NCBI GenBank assembly: GCA_963800225.1
Contig: CAWDAF010000007.1
Span: forward strand, 27,256 to 91,255
From: an uncultured Actinomycetota bacterium
GTDB lineage: Bacteria > Actinomycetota > Actinomycetes > Propionibacteriales > Nocardioidaceae
Reading direction: 5' to 3'
DNA: 64,000 nt
Positions 42,064-52,095 of this stretch are shown here, piece after piece. The translations under genes and the position numbers were made by a program. The notes below the pieces were generated by a model that saw nothing but the letters and a program-made list of their open reading frames with translations, was not told the DNA's origin and ran no database searches. Position 1 is the first letter of the stretch. Each line of letters opens with the position of its first letter.

Positions 42064-43602
42064 CTAGGTCGAGACGCCAGCCAGCGGCTCGCGCAGCTCC
42101 AGCCAGTGCAGCAGCGCGCGGGCCCCGAATCCGGTGGCGCCCTTGGTCCACTCGAGCTCGTCGGTCGGCGAGTCGCCGACCGAGGCGATGTCGAGGTGCG
42201 CCCAGGGCAGGCCGCCGGCGAAGTGCTGGAGGAACAGCGCGGCGGTGATCGCCCCGGGGGCGCCGCCCGCGTTGTCCGCGTCGGCCACCTTGGAGGAGAT
42301 CCGGTCCTCGTAGTCGGCGACCAGCGGCATCCGCCACAGCGGCTCCCCGGCCGCCAGCGAGGCGGTGCGGATCGTGGTGGCGAGCACGTCGTCGTTGGCG
42401 AAGAAGCCGCCGGTGCGCTGGCCGAGGGCGATCTTCATGGCCCCGGTGAGGGTGGCGACGTCGACCAGGGCGTCCGGGGTGAGCTCGGCGACGGCGTAGG
42501 CCATCGCGTCCGCGAGCACCAGCCGCCCCTCGGCGTCGGTGTTGGTGACCTCCGTGGTCCGGCCGCCGTAGTGCCGCAGCACGTCACCGGGGCGGATCGA
42601 GCGGGCGCCGACGGAGTTCTCGGCCAGCGGCAGCAGCCCGGTGACCCGCACCGGGCAGTCGAGGTCGGCCAGTGCCCCCATCACGGCGAGCACCACCCCG
42701 GCGCCGGTCATGTCGCGCTTCATCAGCATCATGTTGTCGCGCGGCTTGATGGACAGCCCGCCGGTGTCGAAGGTGATGCCCTTGCCGACCAGGACGATGT
42801 GCGGGGCCTTGCGGGCGCCGCGCTTCGGCGCGTAGTCCAGCTGGACCAGCCGCGGCGGGTTGGCCGAGGCCTGGCCGACCCCCACGATGCCGCCGAAGCC
42901 CTGCTTCGCCAGCTGCTCGTCGTCCCACACCTTGATCCCCAGCCCGGCGCGCTGTGCGACGTCCGCGGCCTGCTCGGCCATCCAGGCCGGGTTCTTGACG
43001 TTGGCGGGCACCAGGGCGAGGGTGCGGGCCAACCAGCCGGCGCCGGCCACCGCCAGCGCCTTGGCGACCGCCTCGGCGCGGGTGTCCGCGGCGGCCAGGC
43101 CCGCGAGCACGACCCGCTCCACGGGCTGCTGGAGCGGGCCCGTCGAGCGCCAGTGGAACTCGAAGGAGCCGAGCACCAGGCCCTCGACGAGGGCCCGCAG
43201 ACCGGCGTCGTCGCCCAGGGCGCCCAGCGAGGTGGCGACCGACAGCCGGCCGCGGACGTGGCGGGCCAGGGCGGCGCCCGCGCGGCGCAGGTCGTCGGTG
43301 CTGCCGGACCCGACGCCGACGAGCAGCACCAGGCGGAGGTCGGGGTTGGTCAGCCCGGCGGTGTCCAGCACCACCCGCTCGACGACCTCACCGACGGCGC
43401 CGGTCGCGGACGCGGCGTCGAGAAGTGCGAACAGGTCCTCGCCGAGCTCGTCGACCAGCTCGGCGGCACCCGGGCCCAGGGTCGGCCCGTGGTCGGGGTC
43501 GGCGAGCACCGGGACCGCGACCGCGTCCACCCCGACGACGGAGGACGGAGCGACGTCGCTCAGTGCGATCTGCGGCGGTGAGACCTGGGTGGGCAGACCC
43601 AC
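42064..43602 (-). CDS. pepA: Leucyl aminopeptidase (M17)
   Basis: Track ORF of 512 aa. VGKGITFDTGGLSIKP and NTDAEGRLVLADA. Confidence 0.9.
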   Translation of the reverse strand: MGLPTQVSPPQIALSDVAPSSVVGVDAVAVPVLADPDHGPTLGPGAAELVDELGEDLFALLDAASATGAVGEVVERVVLDTAGLTNPDLRLVLLVGVGSGSTDDLRRAGAALARHVRGRLSVATSLGALGDDAGLRALVEGLVLGSFEFHWRSTGPLQQPVERVVLAGLAAADTRAEAVAKALAVAGAGWLARTLALVPANVKNPAWMAEQAADVAQRAGLGIKVWDDEQLAKQGFGGIVGVGQASANPPRLVQLDYAPKRGARKAPHIVLVGKGITFDTGGLSIKPRDNMMLMKRDMTGAGVVLAVMGALADLDCPVRVTGLLPLAENSVGARSIRPGDVLRHYGGRTTEVTNTDAEGRLVLADAMAYAVAELTPDALVDVATLTGAMKIALGQRTGGFFANDDVLATTIRTASLAAGEPLWRMPLVADYEDRISSKVADADNAGGAPGAITAALFLQHFAGGLPWAHLDIASVGDSPTDELEWTKGATGFGARALLHWLELREPLAGVST

Positions 43603-43663
43603 GGGCGCTCCTTCGAGGCTGGGCGGTCGACGTACGCCCGGAACCCTACCCCCGCCCGCCGAC

Positions 43664-43705
43664 GCCAGGACCCCGCCCGCTCCGGAGAGCGGACGGGGTC
43701 CTGGC
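43664..43705 (-). terminator. Strong GC-rich hairpin downstream of the DUF3117 gene
   Basis: gccaggaccccg (43664-43675) pairs with cggggtcctggc (43694-43705). The inner stem is ccgctc with gagcgg, and the loop is cgga. No U-tract. Confidence 0.4.
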
Positions 43706-43794
43706 GATGCTGCAGGGTTGCGCGTGGGTCCGTGCAGGTCGTTCGCTCCGGGAGCACCGGTGCCGGCGGCCGCAGGACCGGGTCCGGAGACCGG

Positions 43795-43962
43795 TCAGCC
43801 CACGACCTGGTGGAGCGCCTCGCCCAGGGCGCCGGCTTCCTCGGCGTTCAGCTCGACCACCAGCCGGCCACCCCCCTCGAGAGGCACGCGCATCACGATG
43901 CCGCGCCCCTCCTTCGTGACCTCGAGCGGGCCGTCGCCCGTCCGCGGCTTCATCGCCGCCAT
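43795..43962 (-). CDS. DUF3117-family small conserved protein
   Basis: Track ORF 43795..44025 was trimmed to ATG 43962. MAAMKPRTGDGPLEVTKEGRGIVMRVPLEGGGRLVVELNAEEAGALGEALHQVVG. Confidence 0.75.
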   Translation of the reverse strand: MAAMKPRTGDGPLEVTKEGRGIVMRVPLEGGGRLVVELNAEEAGALGEALHQVVG

Positions 43963-44007
43963 GCGCACACCTCTTCCTGTTTCTGTGCGCCTACGTGTCG
44001 CGGCGCG

Positions 44008-44910
44008 ATGGAGTTGCCCGTCCATTATTCCCTATATTTCGAGCGGGCGACGCTCAACCTCGCCAAGGCGGTGAGGCAGACTCCTCCTGTGCACGCCCGG
44101 TCCGCCCTCTTCGACCTGTACGGCGACCACCTGCGCGCCCACGGGGACCAGGCTCCCGTCGCGGCCGTCGTCCGGATGCTGGCCCCGCTGGGGATCGCCG
44201 CACCCGCCGCCCGGACCGCGATCTCCCGGATGGTGCGCCAGGGCTGGCTGCGCCCCGAGCGGCTACCGGCGGGCCGCGGCTACGCCCTCACCGAGCGGGC
44301 CCGGCACCGGCTCGACGACGCCGCCGCCCGGATCTATCGGACCCGCGCAGCGTCCTGGGAGGGCAGCTGGGACCTGCTGGTGCTCGAGCCGCTGTCCCAG
44401 CGGTCGGCCCGGGAGCGGGTCCGCACGGGGCTGTCCTTCCTCGGCTACGCGCCGCTCTCGGACAGCACCTGGATCAGCCCGTTCGCCTCCGCGGAGGTCG
44501 ACGACCTGCTCGCGGCGGAGCGGGCCGGCTGCGCCCGGCTGCGGGCCGCCGACGACCACCCGGTCGAGCGGGCCCGCCGTGCGTGGGACCTGGAGACGCT
44601 GGCCGCCGCGTACGTCGCGTGGCGCGGGTTCGCGGACCGGCTGCTCGACGACCCGGACTCGCAGCTCGCCGGGATCGCCCACGCCGGGGAGGACGAGCGC
44701 GCGTTCGCCGTACGCTCGGTGCTCGTCCACGAGTGGCGCAAGTTCCTGTTCACCGACCCGGGACTGCCCGCCGACCTGCTCCCTCCCGACTGGGAGGGGC
44801 ACGAGGCGGCCCGGTTCTTCGCGCGGGAGGCCGCCCGGCTGATGCCGGCCGCATCCCGGTTCGTCGACGCCTGCCTCACCGACCCCGACAAGACTGGAGC
44901 CCCATCGTGA
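44008..44910 (+). CDS. PaaX-family transcriptional regulator
   Basis: Real part of track ORF 43732..44910. ALFDLYGDHL...TAISRMVRQGWL...WDLLVL...LSFLGYAPLSDSTWISP. The start is uncertain: ATG 44008, with GTG 44071 or 44089 also in frame. Confidence 0.7.
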   Translation: MELPVHYSLYFERATLNLAKAVRQTPPVHARSALFDLYGDHLRAHGDQAPVAAVVRMLAPLGIAAPAARTAISRMVRQGWLRPERLPAGRGYALTERARHRLDDAAARIYRTRAASWEGSWDLLVLEPLSQRSARERVRTGLSFLGYAPLSDSTWISPFASAEVDDLLAAERAGCARLRAADDHPVERARRAWDLETLAAAYVAWRGFADRLLDDPDSQLAGIAHAGEDERAFAVRSVLVHEWRKFLFTDPGLPADLLPPDWEGHEAARFFAREAARLMPAASRFVDACLTDPDKTGAPS

Positions 44911-45722
44911 CCGACGCCGTGACCGAGACCGCCGAACAGCCCGTCCTCTACGTCGTCGAGGAGGGCGTCGCCACGATCACCCTGAACCGGCCCTCGGCGA
45001 TGAACAGCCTCGACGTCGCCACCAAGGTGGCGCTGCGGGACGCGGTCACCGAGGCGGCCGGCGACCCGGCGGTGCGCTGCGTGCTGCTGACCGGCACCGG
45101 CCGTGCGTTCTGCGTCGGGCAGGACCTCAAGGAGCACGTCCGGATCCTCCATGACGGCTCCTCCGACGAGCTGTTCCACACCGTCGAGGACCACTACAAC
45201 CCGATCGTCACCGCGCTGGCGACGATGCCCAAGCCGGTGGTCGCGGCGGTCAACGGGGTCGCCGCCGGGGCGGGGGCGAGCCTGGCGTTCGCCTGCGACT
45301 TCCGGGTGCTGGGCCAGAGCGCGGGGTTCAACCTGGCGTTCGCCGGGATCGCGCTGTCCTGCGACACCGGGGCATCGTGGACGCTGCAGCGGATGGTCGG
45401 CCGGGCGAAGGCGCTCGAGCTGCTCTACTTCCCGCGGACGATCCCCGCCGAGGAGGCCCTCGAGCTGGGGCTGGCCACCACGGTGGTGCCGGGCGACCAG
45501 CTCGCCGACGAGGCCGGCCGGCTGGCTCGCACCCTGGCCGCGGGCCCGACGGTCGCGTTCGGGGCGATCCGCCGCGCGGTGGAGCACAGCGCCGGACACG
45601 ACTTCGTGAGCTCGTTGACCTTCGAGGCGGAGATGATGACGCTGACCGGGTCGACCGAGGACCACCGGCAGGCCGTCGACGCCTTCGTGGCCAAGCAGAA
45701 GCCCGCCTTCGAGGGCCGGTAG
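44907..45722 (+). CDS. Enoyl-CoA hydratase/isomerase (crotonase) family protein
   Basis: Real part of track ORF 43995..45722. GTG 44907 forms a GTGA overlap with the paaX-like stop. ITLNRPSAMNSL...LLTGTGRAFCVGQDL...AAVNGVAAGAGASLAFACD. Confidence 0.85.
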   Translation: MTDAVTETAEQPVLYVVEEGVATITLNRPSAMNSLDVATKVALRDAVTEAAGDPAVRCVLLTGTGRAFCVGQDLKEHVRILHDGSSDELFHTVEDHYNPIVTALATMPKPVVAAVNGVAAGAGASLAFACDFRVLGQSAGFNLAFAGIALSCDTGASWTLQRMVGRAKALELLYFPRTIPAEEALELGLATTVVPGDQLADEAGRLARTLAAGPTVAFGAIRRAVEHSAGHDFVSSLTFEAEMMTLTGSTEDHRQAVDAFVAKQKPAFEGR

Positions 45723-45727
45723 CCGGG

Positions 45728-46189
45728 TCAGCCCCGAGGGGCGGCCTCGACCAGGTCGCGCATGACGCCCAGGCCCCGGTCGATCATCCGCTCCACGACC
45801 GGGCGTACGACGCGCCAGCCGAGCGCCCCCACGGCCCCGAAGGGCAGCACCACCATCTCGGCCCAGACGAAGCGGCAGGCGTCCTCGCCGCGGGCGACGA
45901 CCGCGAACTCGCCCTCGCCCCGGACGACCGTGCCGCGGTGCAGCACCTCGCAGCGGCCGCCGCCGTCGGGAGTGCGCGCCCAGGCGGTGATGGTCATCGG
46001 GTCCCAGAAGCCGAGCGGCCCCACGCCCGTCCAGGCCCGGAACCGACCGCCGAGGCCGGCGGCGTGGTCGAGGTTCTCCACCCGGGTCAGCGGGATCCAG
46101 TCCTCCTGGCGCGGCCAGTCGGTGACGTAGTCCCAGACCTGGTCCGCGGGGGCGGCGACGTCGACCTCGCGCTCCAGCCGGACGCGCAC
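45728..46189 (-). CDS. SRPBCC (polyketide cyclase/START-like) family protein
   Basis: Track ORF of 153 aa. REVDVAAPADQVWDYVTDWPRQEDWIP. Confidence 0.65.
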   Translation of the reverse strand: MRVRLEREVDVAAPADQVWDYVTDWPRQEDWIPLTRVENLDHAAGLGGRFRAWTGVGPLGFWDPMTITAWARTPDGGGRCEVLHRGTVVRGEGEFAVVARGEDACRFVWAEMVVLPFGAVGALGWRVVRPVVERMIDRGLGVMRDLVEAAPRG

Positions 46190-46190
46190 C

Positions 46191-46493
46191 TCAGGCCTCC
46201 TCGTCCGGTGCCCGGTCGAGGCCGGGGGGCGGCGCCGACCGGACCTCGCGGGGCGGCTCGAGCTCGGCGGCGAGCCGGTCCAGCAGCGCGTCCACCTCCG
46301 ACATCCGGTAGCCGCGCAGGGCGGTCCCGAACCGGACCCGGCGCAGGTCCTGCGGTCCGAGCGGCCGGTCGGCCGGCACCCGGGCGTCCGGGCGGTCGTC
46401 GAACACCTCGGCCATCGAGCCGCCCTTGCCGGCGGCCACCACGGCCACCCCGCCCATCACGGCCACCACGAGGACGGCGAAGAACCAGGTCAT
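46191..46493 (-). CDS. DivIVA-domain small membrane-anchored protein
   Basis: Track ORF of 100 aa. N-terminal TM helix, then VRFGTALRGYRMSEVDALLDRLAAEL. Confidence 0.6.
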   Translation of the reverse strand: MTWFFAVLVVAVMGGVAVVAAGKGGSMAEVFDDRPDARVPADRPLGPQDLRRVRFGTALRGYRMSEVDALLDRLAAELEPPREVRSAPPPGLDRAPDEEA

Positions 46494-46518
46494 GGCTCGA
46501 TCGTACGGAGCGGCTCCA

Positions 46519-47343
46519 TCAGTCCGGCTGCTCCCACTCCACCGGGGACTCCCCGCCGCCGGGCGCCAGGCTGCGCCGGTGCTGCTGGGCGGCCACCATC
46601 ACCGCCACCGCCTCGTCGACGTCGTCGGTGACCTGGAACATGTCCAGGTCGCTCTCGGAGATCTTGCCGTCGGCCAGCACGGTGCCGCGGATCCAGTCGA
46701 CCAGCCCGGACCAGTAGTCCGTGCCGACGAGCACGATCGGGAACGACGTCACCTTCTCGGTCTGCACGAGGGTGAGCGCCTCGAAGAGCTCGTCGAAGGT
46801 GCCGAAGCCGCCGGGCAGCACGACGAACCCCTGGGCGTACTTGACGAACATCGTCTTGCGGGCGAAGAAGTAGCGGAAGTTGAGCCCCCGGTCGACGTAC
46901 TCGTTGAGGCCGGACTCGAAGGGCAGCTCGATGCCGAGCCCGACCGAGATGCCGCCGGCCTCGCCCGCGCCCTTGTTCGCGGCCTCCATGACGCCCGGGC
47001 CGCCGCCGGTGATCACCGCGAACCCCTCCTCGACCAGCCGGGCACCGAGCCGCTCCGCGACGGCGTACGACGGGTCCCCCGGCGCCGTGCGGGCGGATCC
47101 GAACACCGAGATCGCCGGGCCGAGCTCGGCGAGCGCGCCGAAGCCCTCGACGAACTCGCTCTGGATGCGGAGCACCCGCCACGGGTCGGTGTGCAGCCAG
47201 TCGGTCGAGTCGCGGGAGTCGAGCAGCCGCTGGTCGGTGGTGCCGTGGTCGACCTGGCCACGCCGCATCACCGTCCGCCCGCGGAACTTCTCCGGCACGC
47301 CCCCGTCCGCGCCGTCTGCCCCGTCCGCGGGCAGGTCGGTCAC
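46519..47343 (-). CDS. LOG-family (TIGR00730) nucleotide phosphoribohydrolase
   Basis: Track ORF of 274 aa. ISVFGSAR, ITGGGPGVMEAAN, LPGGFGTFDELFE. GTGA overlap with the dapE stop. Confidence 0.85.
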   Translation of the reverse strand: MTDLPADGADGADGGVPEKFRGRTVMRRGQVDHGTTDQRLLDSRDSTDWLHTDPWRVLRIQSEFVEGFGALAELGPAISVFGSARTAPGDPSYAVAERLGARLVEEGFAVITGGGPGVMEAANKGAGEAGGISVGLGIELPFESGLNEYVDRGLNFRYFFARKTMFVKYAQGFVVLPGGFGTFDELFEALTLVQTEKVTSFPIVLVGTDYWSGLVDWIRGTVLADGKISESDLDMFQVTDDVDEAVAVMVAAQQHRRSLAPGGGESPVEWEQPD

Positions 47344-48416
47344 GACCCCTCCCCCAGCCAGGTCCGCAGCTGACGCTCGACGGTGACGATCTGCTCCAGC
47401 GGCACGAACTCGTCCTGCTTGTGCGCCAGGTGCGGGTCACCCGGGCCGAAGTTCACCGCCGGGATCCCCAGCCCGCTGAACCGGGCCACGTCGGTCCAGC
47501 CGAACTTGGGGTTGGCCCGGCCACCCACGGCCTCGATGAAGGCGGCCGCGGCCGGCACGGACAGCCCGGGCATGGCGGCCGGGGCGGCGTCGCTGAGCTC
47601 GATCTCGAACCCGGAGAAGACCTCCTGGACGTGGGCGTAGGCCTCCTCCACCGAGCGGTCCGGGGCGAAGCGGAAGTTGACCGAGACGGTGCACTCGTCG
47701 GGCAGGACGTTGCCGGCTACCCCGCCGGAGACGAAGACCGCGTTGAGGCCCTCGTGGTACTCCAGCCCGTCGATCACCGGCCGGCGCGGCTCGTAGGCGT
47801 TCAGCCGGGCGAGCACCTCGGCGGCGCCGTGGATGGCGTTGACCCCGGTCCAGGACCGCGCGGAGTGGGCGCGGACGCCGCGGGTGGTCACGTCCACCCG
47901 CAGCGTGCCCTGGCAGCCGGCCTCGACGACCCCGTCGGACGGCTCCATCAGGATCGCGAAGTCCGCCTGGAGCAGGTCGGGGTTGCTCTGCGAGAGCAGC
48001 TGCAGGCCGTTGCGCTCGGCCTCGACCTCCTCGCACTCGTAGAACAGGAAGGTGAGGTCCCGGTTGGTCACCGGCATGGTGGCGGCGATCCGCAGCGCCA
48101 CGGCGACGCCGCCCTTCATGTCGCAGGTGCCCAGGCCGTGCAGCGCGACGTCGTCCCGGCGCGCCGGGAGGTTGTCGTTGAGCGGCACCGTGTCGATGTG
48201 GCCGGCGATGACCACGCGCTCGTCGTGGCCGTGGTGGGTGCGGGCCACCACGGTGTGCCCGAAGCGCTGCACCTCCAGGTGGTCCAGGCCGCGCAGGGCG
48301 GACTCCACCGCGTCCGCGATCCGCTGCTCGTCGCCGCTCACCGACTCGATGTTGACGAGGTCCTCGGTGAGAGAGACGACGTCCCGGGTCAGGTCGAGGT
48401 TCAGGTCGTGTGACAT
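47340..48416 (-). CDS. dapE: Succinyl-diaminopimelate desuccinylase (M20 family)
   Basis: Track ORF 47340..48539 was trimmed to ATG 48416. NIESVSGDE, VIAGHIDTVP, CDMKGG. Divergent from dapD. Confidence 0.85.
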   Translation of the reverse strand: MSHDLNLDLTRDVVSLTEDLVNIESVSGDEQRIADAVESALRGLDHLEVQRFGHTVVARTHHGHDERVVIAGHIDTVPLNDNLPARRDDVALHGLGTCDMKGGVAVALRIAATMPVTNRDLTFLFYECEEVEAERNGLQLLSQSNPDLLQADFAILMEPSDGVVEAGCQGTLRVDVTTRGVRAHSARSWTGVNAIHGAAEVLARLNAYEPRRPVIDGLEYHEGLNAVFVSGGVAGNVLPDECTVSVNFRFAPDRSVEEAYAHVQEVFSGFEIELSDAAPAAMPGLSVPAAAAFIEAVGGRANPKFGWTDVARFSGLGIPAVNFGPGDPHLAHKQDEFVPLEQIVTVERQLRTWLGEGS

Positions 48417-48492
48417 GCGGACCATCCAACCAGCCGGGCCACGGGCCGGTGGCGTGGCCGGAGATCCACCCCGGCTTAGGTAGCGTTGTCCC

Positions 48493-49479
48493 GTGACCTC
48501 CCCCGCCGCGGACGCCGCCGACCTGTCCCCCGCCCCCACGTCCGCGTGGGGCTACGGCCTGGCGACGTACGCCGGCACCGACGGCGAGGGCGGGGTGCTC
48601 GACACCTGGTTCCCCTCCCCCCGGCTCGGCGGTCCCGACGAGGATCTGGGGGCCCCCGAGGAGCTCACCCGGCTGGAGGGCGTCGACCACGTGCGCGGCG
48701 TGCGCCGGCTCGTGGTGCGCGTCGTCGTCGACGACCTGCAGGCGGCCCCGGCCGACACCCCCGACGTGTGGCTGCGGCTGCACCTGCTCAGCCACCGGCT
48801 GGTGGCCCCGCACACGGTGAGCCTCGAGGGCATCTTCGGCAAGCTCGCCAACGTGGTGTGGACCGACGCCGGCCCGTGCGCCGTCGAGGGCTTCGAGCTG
48901 ACCCGGATGCGGCTCTCGGAGGCACACGGGCACGTCACCGTGCTCGGGGTCGACAAGTTCCCCCGGATGACCGACTACGTGCTCCCGGCCGGCGTCCGGA
49001 TCGCCGACGCGGGCCGGGTGCGGCTCGGCGCCCACCTCGCCGAGGGCACGACCGTCATGCACGAGGGCTTCGTGAACTTCAACGCCGGGACCCTCGGCGT
49101 CTCGATGGTCGAGGGCCGGATCAGCGCCGGCGTGGTCGTCGGCGACGGCTCCGACATCGGCGGCGGTTCCTCGATCATGGGCACCCTGTCCGGCGGCGGC
49201 AAGGCCGTCATCTCGGTCGGCCGGCGGTGCCTGGTCGGCGCCAACGCCGGCATCGGCATCTCGCTCGGCGACGACTGTGTCGTCGAGGCCGGCTGCTACG
49301 TCACCGCGGGCACCAAGGTCACCGTGCTCGGGGACGGCGAGCCGGTGGTCCGCAAGGCCGCCGACCTCTCCGGCGCCAGCAACGTGCTGTTCCGGCGCAA
49401 CTCCACGACCGGAGCGGTCGAGGCCGTGCCGTGGGGCGGGCACGGCATCGCGCTGAACGCCGACCTCCATGCCAACTGA
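48493..49479 (+). CDS. dapD: Tetrahydrodipicolinate N-succinyltransferase (actinobacterial type)
   Basis: Track ORF of 328 aa. C-terminal left-handed beta-helix hexapeptide repeats ([36 protein letters not shown]...[20 protein letters not shown]). Confidence 0.85.
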   Translation: MTSPAADAADLSPAPTSAWGYGLATYAGTDGEGGVLDTWFPSPRLGGPDEDLGAPEELTRLEGVDHVRGVRRLVVRVVVDDLQAAPADTPDVWLRLHLLSHRLVAPHTVSLEGIFGKLANVVWTDAGPCAVEGFELTRMRLSEAHGHVTVLGVDKFPRMTDYVLPAGVRIADAGRVRLGAHLAEGTTVMHEGFVNFNAGTLGVSMVEGRISAGVVVGDGSDIGGGSSIMGTLSGGGKAVISVGRRCLVGANAGIGISLGDDCVVEAGCYVTAGTKVTVLGDGEPVVRKAADLSGASNVLFRRNSTTGAVEAVPWGGHGIALNADLHAN

Positions 49480-50449
49480 CCGACGGCGAGGCCGCGGGGG
49501 AACCCTGCTCGTCCTGCTCGCCTGCCTGGCCCTGGTCGGCGGCGGGTTCCTGCTCTACGACCGCGGGGTGGGGCCGCTGCCCGGACCCGACGGCTGCACC
49601 GCCGCGGTCGGTGGCACGGTCGTCGACCTGAGCACCGAGCAGGCCGAGAACGCCGCGACCATCAGCGCGGTCGCCGTACGGCGGGGGCTGCCCGCCCGGG
49701 CCGCCTCCATCGCGCTGGCCACCGCCTTCCAGGAGAGCAAGCTGCTCAACCTGGACCACGGCGACCGGGACTCCCTCGGGCTGTTCCAGCAGCGACCGTC
49801 GCAGGGCTGGGGCACCGCGGAGCAGATCCAGGACCCGGTCTACGCGGCCAACAAGTTCTACGACACGCTCCAGAAGGTCGACGGCTACCAGCAGATGCGG
49901 ATCACCGAGGCCGCGCAGAAGGTGCAGCGCTCGGGCTTCCCGGAGGCCTACGAGGACCACGCCGCGGACGCCCGGGCGCTGGCGTCGGCGCTGACCGGCT
50001 ACAGCCGGGCCCGGTTCAGCTGCGTGGTGGACCCGTCCTCGGACCTGGCCTCCCAGCGGCCCGGTTCCGGCGGGCTGACCCCCCGGGCCGCCGAGGTCCG
50101 TCGCCAGCTCCGGGCCGCGTTCGGCGACCTCTCGCTCGGCGGGTACGCCGCCGGCGGGGTCTCCACGGGCCACATGAAGGACTCCGCGCACTACAGCGGG
50201 CGGGCCGTGGACGTCTTCGTGCGCCCGGTGAACCCCTCGAACCGGCGGGCCGGCTGGGCGATCGCGTCGTACCTGGTCGCGCACGCCGCCCGGCTCGACG
50301 TCGACCACGTCATCTTCGACAAGCGGATCTGGTCGAGCAGCCGCTCCGAGGAGGGCTGGCGCGGCTACCGGCCGCCGCGCAGCGCGGGCAGCCGGGTGGT
50401 GCTCGAGCACCGCGACCACGTGCACGTCGACGTGCTCGCCGGCGGCTGA
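49469..50449 (+). CDS. Membrane-anchored putative peptidoglycan hydrolase (SLT-like N-domain plus LAS/M15-like C-domain)
   Basis: Track ORF of 326 aa with an 11-nt overlap with dapD. TM helix. [26 protein letters not shown] is lytic-transglycosylase-like. [11 protein letters not shown]...[10 protein letters not shown] is VanY/LAS zinc-peptidase-like. These are motif-level calls only. Confidence 0.5.
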   Translation: MPTDRRRGRGGTLLVLLACLALVGGGFLLYDRGVGPLPGPDGCTAAVGGTVVDLSTEQAENAATISAVAVRRGLPARAASIALATAFQESKLLNLDHGDRDSLGLFQQRPSQGWGTAEQIQDPVYAANKFYDTLQKVDGYQQMRITEAAQKVQRSGFPEAYEDHAADARALASALTGYSRARFSCVVDPSSDLASQRPGSGGLTPRAAEVRRQLRAAFGDLSLGGYAAGGVSTGHMKDSAHYSGRAVDVFVRPVNPSNRRAGWAIASYLVAHAARLDVDHVIFDKRIWSSSRSEEGWRGYRPPRSAGSRVVLEHRDHVHVDVLAGG

Positions 50450-50662
50450 CCGCCGGCAAGCCAGTCATTCCGGACCAAAGTCGCGAACAGGACTAGTACC
50501 GACGGATCACTCGTCGGCCGTTCGGCCGGGAGGCTGCGGACGCGAGGCCGATGCGCCGCGCCCCCGGCCCGGCGAGCATGGAGACCGGTCTGGGCGGTGG
50601 GTGTGCCCCCAGCGGGATCAGGGACGGACGGGCGCGGACCCGGCCGCCCGGGGAGCAGCGAC

Positions 50663-50932
50663 ATGTACAGCGACTCAGTGCTCTACACGATCGGGACGGC
50701 GCTCAACCGGGCGCACGACAACGACGTGCCGGTCTCCATCCTCGTCGAGGGCCAGTGGCTCAGCGGCAGGGTGGCCGCCGTCGACGGTCACGGCGTGGTG
50801 CTGCACGCCGACGACTCCGAGCACTCGGTGATCCGCATGGGCAGCGTCTCCGCGGTGCGGATGTTCTCCTCGCCCCCGCAGCGCTCCCCGATCGCCGCCC
50901 CCGCCGGCCACGCCTACACCACCGGCGCCTAG
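50663..50932 (+). CDS. Hypothetical small protein
   Basis: Track ORF 50597..50932 was trimmed to ATG 50663. MYSDSVLYTIGTALNRAHDNDVPVSILVEGQWLSGRVAAVDGHGVVLH. High GC3. Confidence 0.4.
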   Translation: MYSDSVLYTIGTALNRAHDNDVPVSILVEGQWLSGRVAAVDGHGVVLHADDSEHSVIRMGSVSAVRMFSSPPQRSPIAAPAGHAYTTGA

Positions 50933-52095
50933 GCCACCGGCTCTGCCAGCCGTCGTACGGCGGCCTCGACCCGCTCGTCGGTGGCGGTGAAGGCCACCCG
51001 CACGTGCCGGGCGCCCGCCGCGCCGTAGAACTCCCCGGGCGCGGCCAGGATGCCGCGGTCCGCGAGCCAGCCGACCGTGTCCCAGCAGGGCTCGTCCCGC
51101 GTGACCCACAGGTACAGCGACGCCTCGGAGTGGTCCACCCGGAAGCCGGCCCCCTCGAACGCCGCCTTGAGCGCGGTCCGCCGCCGCGCGTAGCGGGCGT
51201 GCTGCTCCTCGACGTGCGCGTCGTCGTCCAGGGCGACCCGCATCGCGTGCTGCTGCGGGCCCGGCATCTGGAGGCCGAGGTTCTTGCGGACCGCGAGCAG
51301 CTCGGCCACCACGTCCCGGTCCCCGGCGACGAACGCGCACCGGTAGCCGGCCAGGTTGGACCGCTTGGACAGCGAGTGCACGCTGAGGATCCCGGTGTGG
51401 TCACCGTCGCAGACGTCGGGGTGCAGCACCGAGACCGGGACCCGACCCTCGCCGGTCTCCCACGCGCACTCCAGGTAGCACTCGTCGGAGACCAGCAGTG
51501 CGCCCCGCTCGCGGCACCACGCCACCACCTTGCGCAGGTGCTCGACCGGGAGCACCCGGCCGGTCGGGTTCGACGGCGAGTTGACCCACACCAGCGACAC
51601 CCGTTCGGGTCCGACCGAGGTCAGCGCGTCGGTGGCGACGCTGCGCGCCCCGGCGAGAGTGGCCCCCACCTCGTACGTCGGGTAGGCGAGCTCGGGCTGC
51701 ACGACCAGGTCGCCGGCGCCGAGCCCGAGATGGGTCGGCAGCGAGGCGATCAGCTCCTTGGAGCCGATCACCGGCAGCACCGAGCCGACATCGAGGCCGG
51801 TGACCCCGAAGCGCCGGGACAGCCAGTCGACGCAGGCCCGCCGGGTGTCCACCCGGCCCACCGTCAACGGGTAGCCCGGCGAGTCCGCGGCCGCGGCGAG
51901 CGCCTCGCGCACCAGCGGGGGCGTCGGGTCGACGGGGGTGCCGACCGAGAGGTCGACGATCCCGTCCGGGTGCGCCCGGGCGCGGGCGCCGTACGCGGTG
52001 AGGTGGTCCCAGGGGAAGTCGGGCAGGGCGGAGGAAACAGAACGCGCCGACCACCTCGGGGAGGCGGTCGGCGCGGCGACGATGTCGGGCGTCAT
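50929..52095 (-). CDS. dapC: Succinyldiaminopimelate aminotransferase (class I PLP aminotransferase)
   Basis: Track ORF 50929..52458 was trimmed to ATG 52095 (ATGA overlap with the fdx stop). NSPSNPTG and HSLSKRSNLAGYR (PLP Lys). Conserved fdx-dapC pairing. Confidence 0.8.
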   Translation of the reverse strand: MTPDIVAAPTASPRWSARSVSSALPDFPWDHLTAYGARARAHPDGIVDLSVGTPVDPTPPLVREALAAAADSPGYPLTVGRVDTRRACVDWLSRRFGVTGLDVGSVLPVIGSKELIASLPTHLGLGAGDLVVQPELAYPTYEVGATLAGARSVATDALTSVGPERVSLVWVNSPSNPTGRVLPVEHLRKVVAWCRERGALLVSDECYLECAWETGEGRVPVSVLHPDVCDGDHTGILSVHSLSKRSNLAGYRCAFVAGDRDVVAELLAVRKNLGLQMPGPQQHAMRVALDDDAHVEEQHARYARRRTALKAAFEGAGFRVDHSEASLYLWVTRDEPCWDTVGWLADRGILAAPGEFYGAAGARHVRVAFTATDERVEAAVRRLAEPVA

